A DNA stretch of 64,000 bases from an uncultured Candidatus Saccharibacteria bacterium (GTDB lineage Bacteria > Patescibacteriota > Dojkabacteria > J137): positions 864,859-928,858 of the forward strand of contig OZ246402.1 of NCBI GenBank assembly GCA_965230975.1, read 5' to 3'. The notes under the pieces were generated by a model. The model saw only the letters and a program-made list of their open reading frames with translations. It ran no database searches and had not been told where the DNA came from. The translations under genes and the position numbers were made by a program. This document shows positions 49,033 to 59,016 of the stretch, piece after piece. Position 1 is the first letter of the stretch; each line of letters opens with the position of its first letter.

Positions 49033-50826
49033 TTAAGCTTTTATCCTGCTACTTCTTAAAGCATTCATAATCACGCTAAAATCAATCGCTTCTTGAATAA
49101 ATGCCCCAACAACAGGAACAATAAATCCAAAAGATGCAAAAATCATACCTATTATGCTTAAACCAATTCCAAAGTAAATACTTTGCATTGCAATATCAAT
49201 TGTCCTTTTTGAGATTGAAATAGACTTTGTAACAGCCTCAATATCACCATTCAGAAACACAATATCTGCCGCTTCTGAAGAAGCTGTATGCTCCTCGTTA
49301 CTAAACACCATACCTACATCTGCCATTGCCAAAGCAGGGGCATCGTTAACACCGTCACCAACCATAGCTATTGTTGCGCCAGTAGCTTTTAAACTTGCAA
49401 TACCGTTCTTTTTATCTTCGGGCTTACATTCCGCTTTAACATCTATATTTAAATTCAAATCTTTTAAAACCTCTTGTGCTTTTTCAAGCTTATCACCTGT
49501 AAACATAATCATTTTAATCTTCATTTTTTGAAGCTTAACAAAAACCTTTTCTGAGCCTATCTTTGGCATATCTTTAAAATGAAATACAGCCAAAAGCATA
49601 TCTTCTGAATACATTTGAATATCACCTTCTTCTGTACTTTTCTTGATAGTATATTTTTTACCGTTAACTACAGCTTCTATTCCAACCCCTAAAATCTCGT
49701 TTATATCTTGTGCTACTAATGGTGTTATTTTCATGTCTTTAGCCTTATTTACGATCGCTTTTGCAAATGGATGTAAAGAGTTACTTTCAATTGCAGCTGC
49801 AATTCCTAAAAGTTCCGTCTGAGAATATGTTTTTTTAATAACTTCTAGGTTTACTAGTTCCGGCTTTCCAATAGTTATTGTCCCAGTTTTATCAAAGATT
49901 AAAGTGTTTATTCTAGATAAGACTTCAACCGCTGCGCCATTTTTAATAATTATTTGATCTCGTGCTGCAGAATTTATTCCACCAATTAAAGCTATTGGTG
50001 TGGCTAATATTAGTGGGCAAGGTGTGGCAATTACTAATACTGCCAATACACGATTTATATCTCCGCCTGAAAATATAAATGCAAATGCACAAATTACAAA
50101 GGTTATTATTGTAAATATTACGCTGTATTTATCTGCCAATCTTACTAGTGGGCTTTTGTTTTCTTGTGCCTCTTTAACCATCTCTACAATTTTTTTGTAG
50201 GTAGAATCTTTCTCTTCTTTTGTGACTTTTAATTCAAAGGCGTTACCTAAGTTTACTGTTCCACTTCTTAGTAAGTTTCCTGTTAGTTTATCTTGAGGTA
50301 ACGATTCGCCAGATAGGCTTGATTCATCGATTAGTGCGGTTTCGCTTTGCAAAACACCGTCTAGTGGGATTACTTCTCCTTTTTTTACAAGAATTACATC
50401 ATTTACTTTTGCATCTTCTATTTTAATTTCTGAAATTTGACCATCAAGTAATATATTTACTTTATTTGGGATTCTTTCTGCAAGTTTGCTTAAAGATTCT
50501 TTTGCTTTGTTCATTGCAAATCGTTCTAGAGAGTTTCCGCCTGCAAGCATTAATACAATGACTAGTGCTACTAAATATTGTCCTGTTAAAACTCCTGTTG
50601 TTATTGCAACTATTGCGATGTAATCTAGGGCAAATCTTCTTTTGATTAACGATTCTAATGTGTCTTTTATTAGCTCTAAACTTCCAATAACAATGGCTAT
50701 TAACTGAATAGTTGTAATAAGGTTTGAGTTGGCTTTAAAACCTGTTAATATTAATGATATTATTATTGTAAAGACGACATATAAAGGTATAGCAAACTCT
50801 TTGATTATTTTTTGAAGCATATACAA
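49033..50826 (-). CDS. heavy-metal-translocating P-type ATPase (P1B-like, no N-terminal metal-binding domain), 597 aa
   Basis: DKTGTIT phosphorylation motif, TGDK, GDGVNDAPAL, and a TPCP motif in TM6 (ATPCPLILATP). Confidence 0.8.
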   Translation of the reverse strand: MYMLQKIIKEFAIPLYVVFTIIISLILTGFKANSNLITTIQLIAIVIGSLELIKDTLESLIKRRFALDYIAIVAITTGVLTGQYLVALVIVLMLAGGNSLERFAMNKAKESLSKLAERIPNKVNILLDGQISEIKIEDAKVNDVILVKKGEVIPLDGVLQSETALIDESSLSGESLPQDKLTGNLLRSGTVNLGNAFELKVTKEEKDSTYKKIVEMVKEAQENKSPLVRLADKYSVIFTIITFVICAFAFIFSGGDINRVLAVLVIATPCPLILATPIALIGGINSAARDQIIIKNGAAVEVLSRINTLIFDKTGTITIGKPELVNLEVIKKTYSQTELLGIAAAIESNSLHPFAKAIVNKAKDMKITPLVAQDINEILGVGIEAVVNGKKYTIKKSTEEGDIQMYSEDMLLAVFHFKDMPKIGSEKVFVKLQKMKIKMIMFTGDKLEKAQEVLKDLNLNIDVKAECKPEDKKNGIASLKATGATIAMVGDGVNDAPALAMADVGMVFSNEEHTASSEAADIVFLNGDIEAVTKSISISKRTIDIAMQSIYFGIGLSIIGMIFASFGFIVPVVGAFIQEAIDFSVIMNALRSSRIKA

Positions 50827-50889
50827 AAGTGCTGAATTATCTTTACTACTATAGCAGATTTAAAAAATTTTAAATATTAGATTAAGTGT

Positions 50890-51822
50890 ATGAATTTAGA
50901 TTTAGAAAAATATAATATTGATTTTGAAAGCTGGACTAATGAATTAATGGATAATGCTGAGGTTTATAATACTGTTGACGGAACTGCAGAAGCACTATCA
51001 GAAAATCATTACCCTGATATAAGAAAAGAAGATATGAGAATAGTATTTAAAAACATTGCATATGCAATAGCTATTTCATGCTTAAAATATGGTCTAGATG
51101 TAAAAACAGTTAGAGAGAAACTTTCAAAGATCAGATTGAAGTTTACACCAAAGGTTTATTATGGTTCAGATAATTATGGAACGGGAGGAATTGAGTCTAC
51201 TTCTGTAAGACCTTATATTGAAAATTTAGGTGACTTCAAACTTGAGTATGACCTAAATTACCTAATTCAAGCTGCTGAAAATTTTAAGCTCGGACAAGAA
51301 TATCAACCTTCAATTGGTGCTACTGTTTTTACGACTTTCCATGAAATGCGTCACCTTTATAGATTTGAACAAACTTATAACGATTATTATAAATCTTCTC
51401 TAGATGCAGCAGCCCTCTTCGAATTATATAAAGGTCCAAATTATAGAATTATTATTTATGATTTTGTATATTTACCATCATTAGGTGAAATGGATGCTAA
51501 TACAGAAGCTAGAAATTTAGCACAATATATTGTAGACCACAGAGAAGAAGTAATGTTCGACAACTTAGTAATCGAAACATTAAGCGAATCTGTAGAACTT
51601 ACTTTAAAAGAAAAAGAAGATAGTGATTATAGGGTTTCTGAAATACTAGCATTAACAGAAAAAGACAAACATAATAAACCTATTCATAAACCTTCTAGTA
51701 TCGATCAGAATACAAAAGATAACCTTAAAGCTCTAATTCAGTTGTACGTCGATGGATTTATTCACAATAATCAACTTACACCTGAGAAAATAGCAGTACT
51801 CAAGTGGCTTGCAAATAATTGA
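50890..51822 (+). CDS. hypothetical protein, 310 aa, with HExxH motif
   Basis: TTFHEMRHLYRF. Confidence 0.5.
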   Translation: MNLDLEKYNIDFESWTNELMDNAEVYNTVDGTAEALSENHYPDIRKEDMRIVFKNIAYAIAISCLKYGLDVKTVREKLSKIRLKFTPKVYYGSDNYGTGGIESTSVRPYIENLGDFKLEYDLNYLIQAAENFKLGQEYQPSIGATVFTTFHEMRHLYRFEQTYNDYYKSSLDAAALFELYKGPNYRIIIYDFVYLPSLGEMDANTEARNLAQYIVDHREEVMFDNLVIETLSESVELTLKEKEDSDYRVSEILALTEKDKHNKPIHKPSSIDQNTKDNLKALIQLYVDGFIHNNQLTPEKIAVLKWLANN

Positions 51823-51843
51823 AGCATGTTATTTAATTGTAAG

Positions 51844-52671
51844 CTAACTATTCCTTGGTGTATTCAAAACCATTTTCTTCTCTTTAGCCACCATGGTTTT
51901 AAATACGTTGAAAAGAACCAACCACTGTTCGAATGTAATTTGCGAAGGCTTTAATTCAAAATTAATACCATACTCTTTAGCCATAATACTTAATTGAGTG
52001 TGAGTAAAAAACCTTTTTAAAACAGATTTAACATTAACCTTCCAATACAAAAAGCAAAAAGAAACAAACTTTGTATACTCATCTTTGTCCTCTAAAGGTA
52101 TAAGTGGAGAACTAAGCCTTTTAATTCTAATTAACATACTATCTACATTGGGCCTAGGATTAAACTCAAAACTTGGAATATTTTTAATAATTTTAGATTC
52201 AAAAAATGGCTTATATTGCAAAGCAAAAAAGTTCTCGTAATCTCTTGTAACTAATCTTAACGCAGCCTCTTTTTGCAAAATCAAGTAAGTATCGACTGGT
52301 GGATTTCTCCATTCTAAAATTCTTCTAATAATATCTGCAGTTAATGCAAACGGAATATTACCAATAATTTTATAATCACCACTTTCTGGTAATTTATACT
52401 TTAAAAAATCTTCATTAACAAAATCAACATTCTCTGAATAAAAATTGGCAGATAAATCTTTAAAAAGATTAAAATCTAATTCAACCCCAATAAATTTATT
52501 AACCCTACCAATAATATTTTTAGTTAAAGCACCTGTACCGGGACCAATTTCTATAACTGTATCTTTTTTTGAAAGGCGCATTTCATTAACCAGCTTGGTG
52601 GCCAAAGTAGAGGATTTTATAAAGTTTTGAGAATACTTAATGTTATACACGTGTTTGTGATAATGACGCAT
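51844..52671 (-). CDS. rRNA adenine N6-methyltransferase, Erm/KsgA family, with Erm-like hallmarks, 275 aa
   Basis: NIKYSQNF (identical to the ErmB N-terminal motif; KsgA has GQNF). VIEIGPGTGALT SAM-binding motif. IIGNIPFALTADIIRRIL (compare Erm FGNIPYNISTDIIRKIV). NPRPNVDSMLIRIKR. C-terminal ITFEQWLVLFNVF (compare Erm TYEQVLSIFNSY). Confidence 0.6.
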   Translation of the reverse strand: MRHYHKHVYNIKYSQNFIKSSTLATKLVNEMRLSKKDTVIEIGPGTGALTKNIIGRVNKFIGVELDFNLFKDLSANFYSENVDFVNEDFLKYKLPESGDYKIIGNIPFALTADIIRRILEWRNPPVDTYLILQKEAALRLVTRDYENFFALQYKPFFESKIIKNIPSFEFNPRPNVDSMLIRIKRLSSPLIPLEDKDEYTKFVSFCFLYWKVNVKSVLKRFFTHTQLSIMAKEYGINFELKPSQITFEQWLVLFNVFKTMVAKEKKMVLNTPRNS

Positions 52672-52768
52672 GGCAATAAATTAACAAATAGAACAGTGAA
52701 AACTGCTTATCTAGTTTTGTTATTTACTGTTGATACGTTCATTATGAGGCGTAAAAAATTAACACTGA

Positions 52769-52797
52769 ATTATACCCTTTACCGGGTTGCCTTACAA
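52769..52797 (-). promoter_or_regulatory. sigma70-like promoter upstream of the Erm-like gene (-35 TTGTAA, 17-nt spacer, -10 TATAAT)
   Basis: Minus strand TTGTAAggcaacccggtaaagggTATAAT. About 95 nt of leader precede the ATG at 52671. Confidence 0.4.
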
Positions 52798-52890
52798 AAA
52801 CTTTCCAAAAATACTTATCTGCTATCCTGGTTCTTATTGACTTAAATAGTTTATTGCACTATTATTCAGCACTTATTATCAATAAAGATT

Positions 52891-53463
52891 ATGCCCAATC
52901 AAAATGTACGAACGGATCTTCTAAACTCCGTTTATCAGGAATTAGATGAAGCTAAGTTAAACGAATTGAAAATTAAATTTGAAAATGAGTTCCCAAATGA
53001 AGCTCGAATGATTGGGGAAATAGCATCTTTAATTGGTGTGTTGATTGGTTTATCAAAAAAAAGTTTAAGATTTAAAAATATGATGGGTGAATTATTAATG
53101 CCATGTGACAAAATACCATTTAGATTAAGTAAAGCAAGCTATATTTCTAATCCTATAAACTTCTATAAGAACTATCCCTTATATTTCTCTATATTAAGAC
53201 AACTCGCGAACATCCTTAGTGAAAGCAATTTTACACCTAGAACTCACTCACAAACTCAAAACCAAGAATTAACCTTTCAAATTGAAGAATCAATAGCTCA
53301 AAAAATAAGTGATATAGTACCTTTATTGAATCTGTTAATAAATTGGGCCAAACCTCAGCAAACGGGGTATGTAGAAGGACTTGAAACTAATGCTTCCCGT
53401 ATGAGTGCCGTATGGGTAGGCAATGGTGGCAGAACTACAACTTATAGACAACCTAGAGACTAG
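52891..53463 (+). CDS. hypothetical protein, 190 aa
   Basis: ORF only. Confidence 0.45.
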   Translation: MPNQNVRTDLLNSVYQELDEAKLNELKIKFENEFPNEARMIGEIASLIGVLIGLSKKSLRFKNMMGELLMPCDKIPFRLSKASYISNPINFYKNYPLYFSILRQLANILSESNFTPRTHSQTQNQELTFQIEESIAQKISDIVPLLNLLINWAKPQQTGYVEGLETNASRMSAVWVGNGGRTTTYRQPRD

Positions 53464-53477
53464 ATTAGTAATTTAGC

Positions 53478-54206
53478 TTATTTACCCATTCTTTTTACAG
53501 CTAAAAATACTATTTGAATAGTCAATAAGAGAGTGGTAACTAGTACGCTTAAGTTTATTAAAGATTGTTGCGGGAATTTAAGTGCGATTCCAACCACTGC
53601 CCAAATGATCACTAAAGGGTAAGTAATTTCTTTATACCTTATAATAAATATTGTACCCAAAACGCCCGCCACCAAAATTAACAAAGATGCCCATGTAGGG
53701 CCATCTAAAACTAATGTTTTAACAGAATAATAATCAAAAATTGCAGTAATATTTGCTATAGTAGCAACCGAAATCCACCCTAGATAAATACCAAATGGAA
53801 CAGTTGTAAACCATAAATTTAAATCTTTTGACTCTTTTAAAACCAAATAAGTTTTAATTAAAGATACTAATAAAATCAACATTAATGGCAAAGTAAAAGG
53901 AATCAATAACCAATGCCATAAAACAATCCAAAAGCTATTTGCAATATTGCCTATAACTACATATGGTGCTGCCTTTAATAAAACTTTACTGTCAGACCTA
54001 GCTTGGTAAAAGCTATAAGCTAACAAACCTAAATATATTACACCCCAAATTGAAAATACATACCCTGCAGGTACAAAAAAAACTTTAAAACTATCAGATA
54101 CAGCCGCAGTACTAATATTATTAAACGGAACTATATTAGCTAAAGAATTTATTACAATCATCAAGACAGAAGAGAGCACAACAAGCAGTTTGGAATATTT
54201 TCCCAT
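53478..54206 (-). CDS. polytopic membrane protein, possibly TspO/MBR-related, 242 aa
   Basis: FFVPAGYVFSIWGVIYLGLLAYSF and HWLLIPF...YLGWISVATIANI resemble TspO W/P-rich motifs, but the protein is longer than typical TspO. Confidence 0.35.
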   Translation of the reverse strand: MGKYSKLLVVLSSVLMIVINSLANIVPFNNISTAAVSDSFKVFFVPAGYVFSIWGVIYLGLLAYSFYQARSDSKVLLKAAPYVVIGNIANSFWIVLWHWLLIPFTLPLMLILLVSLIKTYLVLKESKDLNLWFTTVPFGIYLGWISVATIANITAIFDYYSVKTLVLDGPTWASLLILVAGVLGTIFIIRYKEITYPLVIIWAVVGIALKFPQQSLINLSVLVTTLLLTIQIVFLAVKRMGK

Positions 54207-54271
54207 AATAGTTTAATAAGTAGATATATATAATCTTATTGGTTAATTAATATTAAGTCAATTTTAAAGTG

Positions 54272-54808
54272 CTAAACTGAAGTTCCAAGCTTTACTAAAA
54301 TCTCTTCTCTAAATTTCTTAATTTTAGGGTCAATAACAATTTTGCAATAAGGGTATTCTCTGTTCTTTTCATAAAATTCTTGATGATAATTTTCTGCAAT
54401 AAAAAACTTAGAAAATGGTGTTAATTCTGTAACAACTGGATCAGTATAGAGTTTTGAATCTGTAATTGATTTTATATATTGTTCTGCCTGCGATCTTTGT
54501 TCTTCTGTATGAAAAAATATTACAGATCTATATTGAGTACCTACGTCGTTACCTTGTCTATTTAAAGTTGTTGGGTCATGCATTCTAAAGAATACAAAAA
54601 GCAAATCTTTAAAAGAAATTTCAGATGGGTTAAACGTAATTTGAACTACCTCAGCATGCCCAGTATTGCCATTACTAACTTGTTCGTAAGTTGGGTTTTC
54701 TAAATTCCCACCCGAATAACCTGACTCTACCTTAATTACGCCCCTCAAATCTTTAAATATAGGTTCTAAACACCAAAAGCACCCTCCACCAAATGTTGCA
54801 AGTTCCAT
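54272..54808 (-). CDS. msrA: peptide-methionine (S)-S-oxide reductase
   Basis: [12 protein letters not shown] catalytic Cys motif, [37 protein letters not shown]. Confidence 0.9.
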   Translation of the reverse strand: MELATFGGGCFWCLEPIFKDLRGVIKVESGYSGGNLENPTYEQVSNGNTGHAEVVQITFNPSEISFKDLLFVFFRMHDPTTLNRQGNDVGTQYRSVIFFHTEEQRSQAEQYIKSITDSKLYTDPVVTELTPFSKFFIAENYHQEFYEKNREYPYCKIVIDPKIKKFREEILVKLGTSV

Positions 54809-54943
54809 AGTTGTTATATAAGAATTAAACTATTTCCAAGCAAAGCTGACGTATTAACTATACATTTATATTATCCTAAAATATTATTTTTGTGAAATAA
54901 TACATATTCCTAAATATTTTGTGCTTTCTTAATTGCTTGAAAA

Positions 54944-55936
54944 ATGTTTTCAAAAAGATATACTTTTAATATTATGAAATCTTTTAAAACTAATAAGTTA
55001 AAAAAACTAATTACTGCATTGTGTATTGTCATATTGGTAACACTTATCGTGTTATCCATTATTGAAATACCTTCAAAAGCCATTACCTCTCAGGTTTATA
55101 CAATGGAATATACTGGTCAATTTATAGATATTGGGAATATAAAAAGTTTCTACATAGACACTTTAAATGTTAGCGACCCAGTAATACTATTAGTTCATGG
55201 ATTTGGAGGTTCAGTATATTCATGGAGAGAAAATATTAAGTCGTTATACGAGGCGGGGTTTAGAGTTTTAGCCATAGATTTAAAAGGATTTGGATTATCA
55301 TCAAAAGCTTACAATGAAGATTACTCTCATAAATCTCAAGCGGAATATTTATATAAATTCCTGCAACAAATAGGTGTTAAAAAAGTAAACATCGTAGGCC
55401 ACAGTATGGGAGCTAACATTGCCACAATTTTTGCAATGGAATATCCAAATAATGTACAGTCTTTAGTTATAGTAGATGGAGCAATAGTTCAAGAAGATGC
55501 AACAACATTACCTTTTTTATTTGATATAAAGCCAATAAGAAACATTTTTAAACTAACTGTTCAAAATGTATTAAATAAAGAGAATTTTTCAGAGTTCTTA
55601 AAATCTGCATATGTAAATCAATCTGTTATTTCTAATTCTGTAATTGATAATTATTATATTCCTTTACAAACTAATAATTGGGAAGATGCTTTGATGGGAA
55701 TATCGAGAGATGGCTACAAAAACAAGATCCCAAAAAGTTTTGAAAGCTTAAAAATACCGGTTTTAATTGTTTGGGGTAAAAACGACCCGTGGATAAACAT
55801 AGAAAAGGGAATTAATTTAAACCAAGAAATAATTAATTCCAAGTTTATAGTTATAGACGGAAGTGGACATCTTCCAATGGAGGAAAAGCCAAAAGAATTT
55901 AATCAGACGCTTTTAGACTTTCTTGGTATAATCTAA
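54944..55936 (+). CDS. alpha/beta hydrolase fold protein with N-terminal TM
   Basis: VILLVHGFGGS, nucleophile elbow GHSMGANIA, C-terminal GSGHLPMEE. Confidence 0.75.
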   Translation: MFSKRYTFNIMKSFKTNKLKKLITALCIVILVTLIVLSIIEIPSKAITSQVYTMEYTGQFIDIGNIKSFYIDTLNVSDPVILLVHGFGGSVYSWRENIKSLYEAGFRVLAIDLKGFGLSSKAYNEDYSHKSQAEYLYKFLQQIGVKKVNIVGHSMGANIATIFAMEYPNNVQSLVIVDGAIVQEDATTLPFLFDIKPIRNIFKLTVQNVLNKENFSEFLKSAYVNQSVISNSVIDNYYIPLQTNNWEDALMGISRDGYKNKIPKSFESLKIPVLIVWGKNDPWINIEKGINLNQEIINSKFIVIDGSGHLPMEEKPKEFNQTLLDFLGII

Positions 55937-55971
55937 CAACTTTGCATAAATATAACAGTACTTTAAAATAT

Positions 55972-56045
55972 GCGCCCGTAGCTCAACTGGATAGAGTACT
56001 TGTCTTCGGAACAAGTTGTTGGGGGTTCGAATCCCTCCGGGCGTA
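55972..56045 (+). tRNA. tRNA-Arg (anticodon TCG)
   Basis: Cloverleaf: acceptor GCGCCCG/CGGGCGT, D-arm GCTC-AACTGGATA-GAGT, anticodon arm CTTGT-CTTCGGA-ACAAG (U33, anticodon UCG), T-arm GGGGG-TTCGAAT-CCCTC. 74 nt, no encoded CCA. Confidence 0.85.
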
Positions 56046-56074
56046 TTTACTTGATTACTTAAAGGGCAATCAAA

Positions 56075-56992
56075 ATGAACACTCAAAAATACTCTTTAAT
56101 GGAAGAATCTATCCACCAAGATGCCGTTCTTGGCCAAATAGATTTAGTATTAAATGAAATTATTAATGCAATTGAATCGGGTAAAATTAACGAAATTGAT
56201 AATCAAGTTATAGACAAATCTATTGAAGAACTTCAGGAATATCTCACCTCAGAATTCAATCTTAATACCGAACTTAACGCAAAAATAAGATATATAACTA
56301 GACTTTTGTCTAACCTACAACAAATCCAGGAACTAAACAAAAAACCATCTGTACAAATTCCTTACGCTCAAACATTTCTCTTACTTTTAGCAAGTATTTC
56401 GGCTTTATGTTATATAATCACTACCTCTAATTCACCACAGGTCTATGCTATTGCAAATAGAGTTAGAGAAGTAGCCACAATATTAGGTTTTAGCCAAAGT
56501 CTAAATCTAGAACTAGTTGCTAATGAGATTTATTCTTACATAATAGAACACAACTTGAATGAATCAAGCTGGTTTAAAGATACTAATTCTTTTTTTCATA
56601 CATCAGTAACCCCAGATGGAGAAGTTAGCATACAATTTCCTTTAAGTATAAGCACCGATTTATATTTTAGAGGTATTGACTTGCCAATAGGAAATTACCA
56701 AGGTAATGAATCCCAAAATATGTACTATGTTTTAAATATTGCACCTAACATGCCAATTGAAATGCTAGAAGCTCAATTGCAAAGTTTGGCTATAGAATAC
56801 AATTTAATTGGAGCAGGAAACGAATTATTAATATACATACCATACCCTCAAGATCAAAACATCTTATTAGCCAGATTAATCTTAGAGGATGGAAAAATAA
56901 AAGGGATAACCTCTCAAGGGTTTGATGGCACTTTAAGCCTAAGATTTGGGGATTTAATAGATGTTCAACAATTTAGCGGTGCTAGAGGCTAA
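56075..56992 (+). CDS. hypothetical protein, 305 aa
   Basis: ORF only; starts 30 nt after the tRNA. Confidence 0.5.
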   Translation: MNTQKYSLMEESIHQDAVLGQIDLVLNEIINAIESGKINEIDNQVIDKSIEELQEYLTSEFNLNTELNAKIRYITRLLSNLQQIQELNKKPSVQIPYAQTFLLLLASISALCYIITTSNSPQVYAIANRVREVATILGFSQSLNLELVANEIYSYIIEHNLNESSWFKDTNSFFHTSVTPDGEVSIQFPLSISTDLYFRGIDLPIGNYQGNESQNMYYVLNIAPNMPIEMLEAQLQSLAIEYNLIGAGNELLIYIPYPQDQNILLARLILEDGKIKGITSQGFDGTLSLRFGDLIDVQQFSGARG

Positions 56993-57000
56993 TAAAAAAA

Positions 57001-57375
57001 TTATTGCTCTAAATTGCTGATTTTATTGTCTTCATAATAAAAAGGATTTGGCATAGAGTAATCTCTTATCACTTGAAAAATAACAGATCCATTAGCACTA
57101 TCTATTTCTATTTCACCAACAGATGCTCTCTCAGATACACTAATCCCACTGTTTTTTAAATAATTTTGCAAGGATATTTGAATTTCTGACTCTGTAGAGT
57201 TAGTTGATAATCCTAAATAAGACAGGGAAACTCTAATGCTAAAAGGCTTTCTAGGAGGGAATAGTAATGAATTAAATCTTTGAGGTATTTTTACCCTGCT
57301 ATGTGTCATAAAATTTGTTGCTGTTTCGGTCATATTTTTAAATTTAAAATAAAAATCTGAAAAAGCGATAGCCAA
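57001..57375 (-). CDS. hypothetical protein (124 aa; possibly starts at the internal Met, MTETATNF)
   Basis: ORF only. Confidence 0.35.
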   Translation of the reverse strand: MAIAFSDFYFKFKNMTETATNFMTHSRVKIPQRFNSLLFPPRKPFSIRVSLSYLGLSTNSTESEIQISLQNYLKNSGISVSERASVGEIEIDSANGSVIFQVIRDYSMPNPFYYEDNKISNLEQ

Positions 57376-57592
57376 GTTACAGACAATATCTGTTTATTAA
57401 TTAAATTTGCGCATTGGAAATTTTACGCAAGTATACAAAACTTGCTTTATCTAATTACTTTAACTCCGGCTATGGTTCAAAAGATTTTGATGCCATTATT
57501 TGTCAAAGTAATAGTTAAAAAGTCGCGATCTTAGAATACAGGAATTCGACAAAACTTGTCAACTTTCAAGAACCTGAGACTGCAAGAAGCTT

Positions 57593-58054
57593 TTACTTAC
57601 TTGATTTTTGGAATTTAAATACTACCAATAAGATAAGTACTATAAATAAAAATGCCAAAAATGATAGAAATGGCAAAGTTATAAAGTTTAAGAAATCCAA
57701 TGGAATAATTTGAGATAAAGTCCAATCTATTTTAGAGCAATCTACACCACCTGTACAAACTACAAACGCATCTGGCATAGGGAACATTTGAGTTAACCAT
57801 TGGTAAAAACCAATAATTGCACCCGGAACACTTAAAGCCATTAAGAATCTTTTTGGAATTGGTTGTTTAGAACCAATAGCTGTAGCAGTTAAAAAGAAAA
57901 TAGGGTATAAGAATATTCTTTGATACCAACATAATGCACACGGCACCAAGCCTTGAATTTCACTAAAATATAAACTTCCAAAAGTGCCTAAACCTGAAAC
58001 TAAAAAAATTAAGTGAACGTAGTAATTTAAAATAAAATCTTTGAGTTTCTTCAT
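57593..58054 (-). CDS. disulfide bond formation protein B (DsbB/BdbC family)
   Basis: Four TM segments. LVPCALCWYQRIF matches the BdbC CxxCWYQR motif. Second Cys pair VVCTGGVDCSKID in the periplasmic loop. Confidence 0.75.
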   Translation of the reverse strand: MKKLKDFILNYYVHLIFLVSGLGTFGSLYFSEIQGLVPCALCWYQRIFLYPIFFLTATAIGSKQPIPKRFLMALSVPGAIIGFYQWLTQMFPMPDAFVVCTGGVDCSKIDWTLSQIIPLDFLNFITLPFLSFLAFLFIVLILLVVFKFQKSSK

Positions 58055-58116
58055 AAAAAACAGAGTGATAATTAGTCTTTAAATAATACTTCAATTGACT
58101 ATTTCAAGCAATAATT

Positions 58117-58518
58117 GTGTTTAAAGTAATCCCGTGTATAATTTTAAGTTTAAATTTTCTTTTAAAAAATATGAACCCAACTACAAGTTTTGACAATCAA
58201 TTGCAACCTCAACTAGCTAAGAAAAACGAAACATTGTTAATCACTCTGATAGTTAGCTTGTCAAATACTCATCTAAATAAATTACAGAATAGAAGCACTG
58301 GCTCTACAGATCAAATAGAAGAAATACGAAATATAATTTTAAGTTTAAAGCCAGAAGTAGTTACAAAATTACTAAAAGATTTGCAAACAAATAAAATAAT
58401 TACCTTTGAAGAGGCTTATAAAGCGATACGAGATCTTTCAATAGATATGGCAAATATCAAATTAGATGAGGGTGGAATAGATCGACCAATAGATTTACTA
58501 ACTCAATTTGAACAATAG
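58117..58518 (+). CDS. hypothetical protein, 133 aa
   Basis: ORF only. Confidence 0.4.
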   Translation: MFKVIPCIILSLNFLLKNMNPTTSFDNQLQPQLAKKNETLLITLIVSLSNTHLNKLQNRSTGSTDQIEEIRNIILSLKPEVVTKLLKDLQTNKIITFEEAYKAIRDLSIDMANIKLDEGGIDRPIDLLTQFEQ

Positions 58519-58599
58519 TAAAACCTTAATTAGTAATAAACACTATTTGCTGGTTTTGAAAGGTAGGTTTATTATAGAAGCATTTATTAATTAAGTTCT

Positions 58600-58929
58600 A
58601 TGCACTACTATAGTTACCCAGATGAAATTCAAGACGATAACCCTTTGTATAAGCATGCCCGAGCCTTTTCCGAACCTCAGTCTAGGGTGGGTAAATTAAT
58701 TGCAGAAATTTACGCTGTAATTGATAATCAAGATGATCAAACCACATACACTAATGCGGTTAAATCTTTTTCTGAAGAAGAGTGTGCACACATTCTTTAC
58801 GAATGGAGACTGCAAGACTTATATGGGAAAGATTGTGAAGCATTGAAAAGATTAATTGATCACACAATATATGTTAATTCTTTAAATACCAGGCGAAACA
58901 CATTCGAAAACAAGCCTTTAGAATCTTAA
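58600..58929 (+). CDS. hypothetical protein, 109 aa
   Basis: ORF only. Confidence 0.4.
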   Translation: MHYYSYPDEIQDDNPLYKHARAFSEPQSRVGKLIAEIYAVIDNQDDQTTYTNAVKSFSEEECAHILYEWRLQDLYGKDCEALKRLIDHTIYVNSLNTRRNTFENKPLES

Positions 58930-59016
58930 AATTAAGCCAATTTGATATATTCAAATTCTCAAACAGATAACCTTCTGTTATCATACAATGTCATTATTTA
59001 ATTATATTTTTAGAGT

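Noticed and set aside
52445-52845. ORFs 52445..52630 and 52627..52845 (plus strand) over the Erm-like gene 5' end and its promoter/leader
   Set aside because: Antisense to the well-supported methyltransferase and its promoter. No motifs.
55942-56157. 71-aa ORF overlapping the tRNA-Arg
   Set aside because: Its translation runs through a canonical tRNA cloverleaf. The tRNA call is far better supported.
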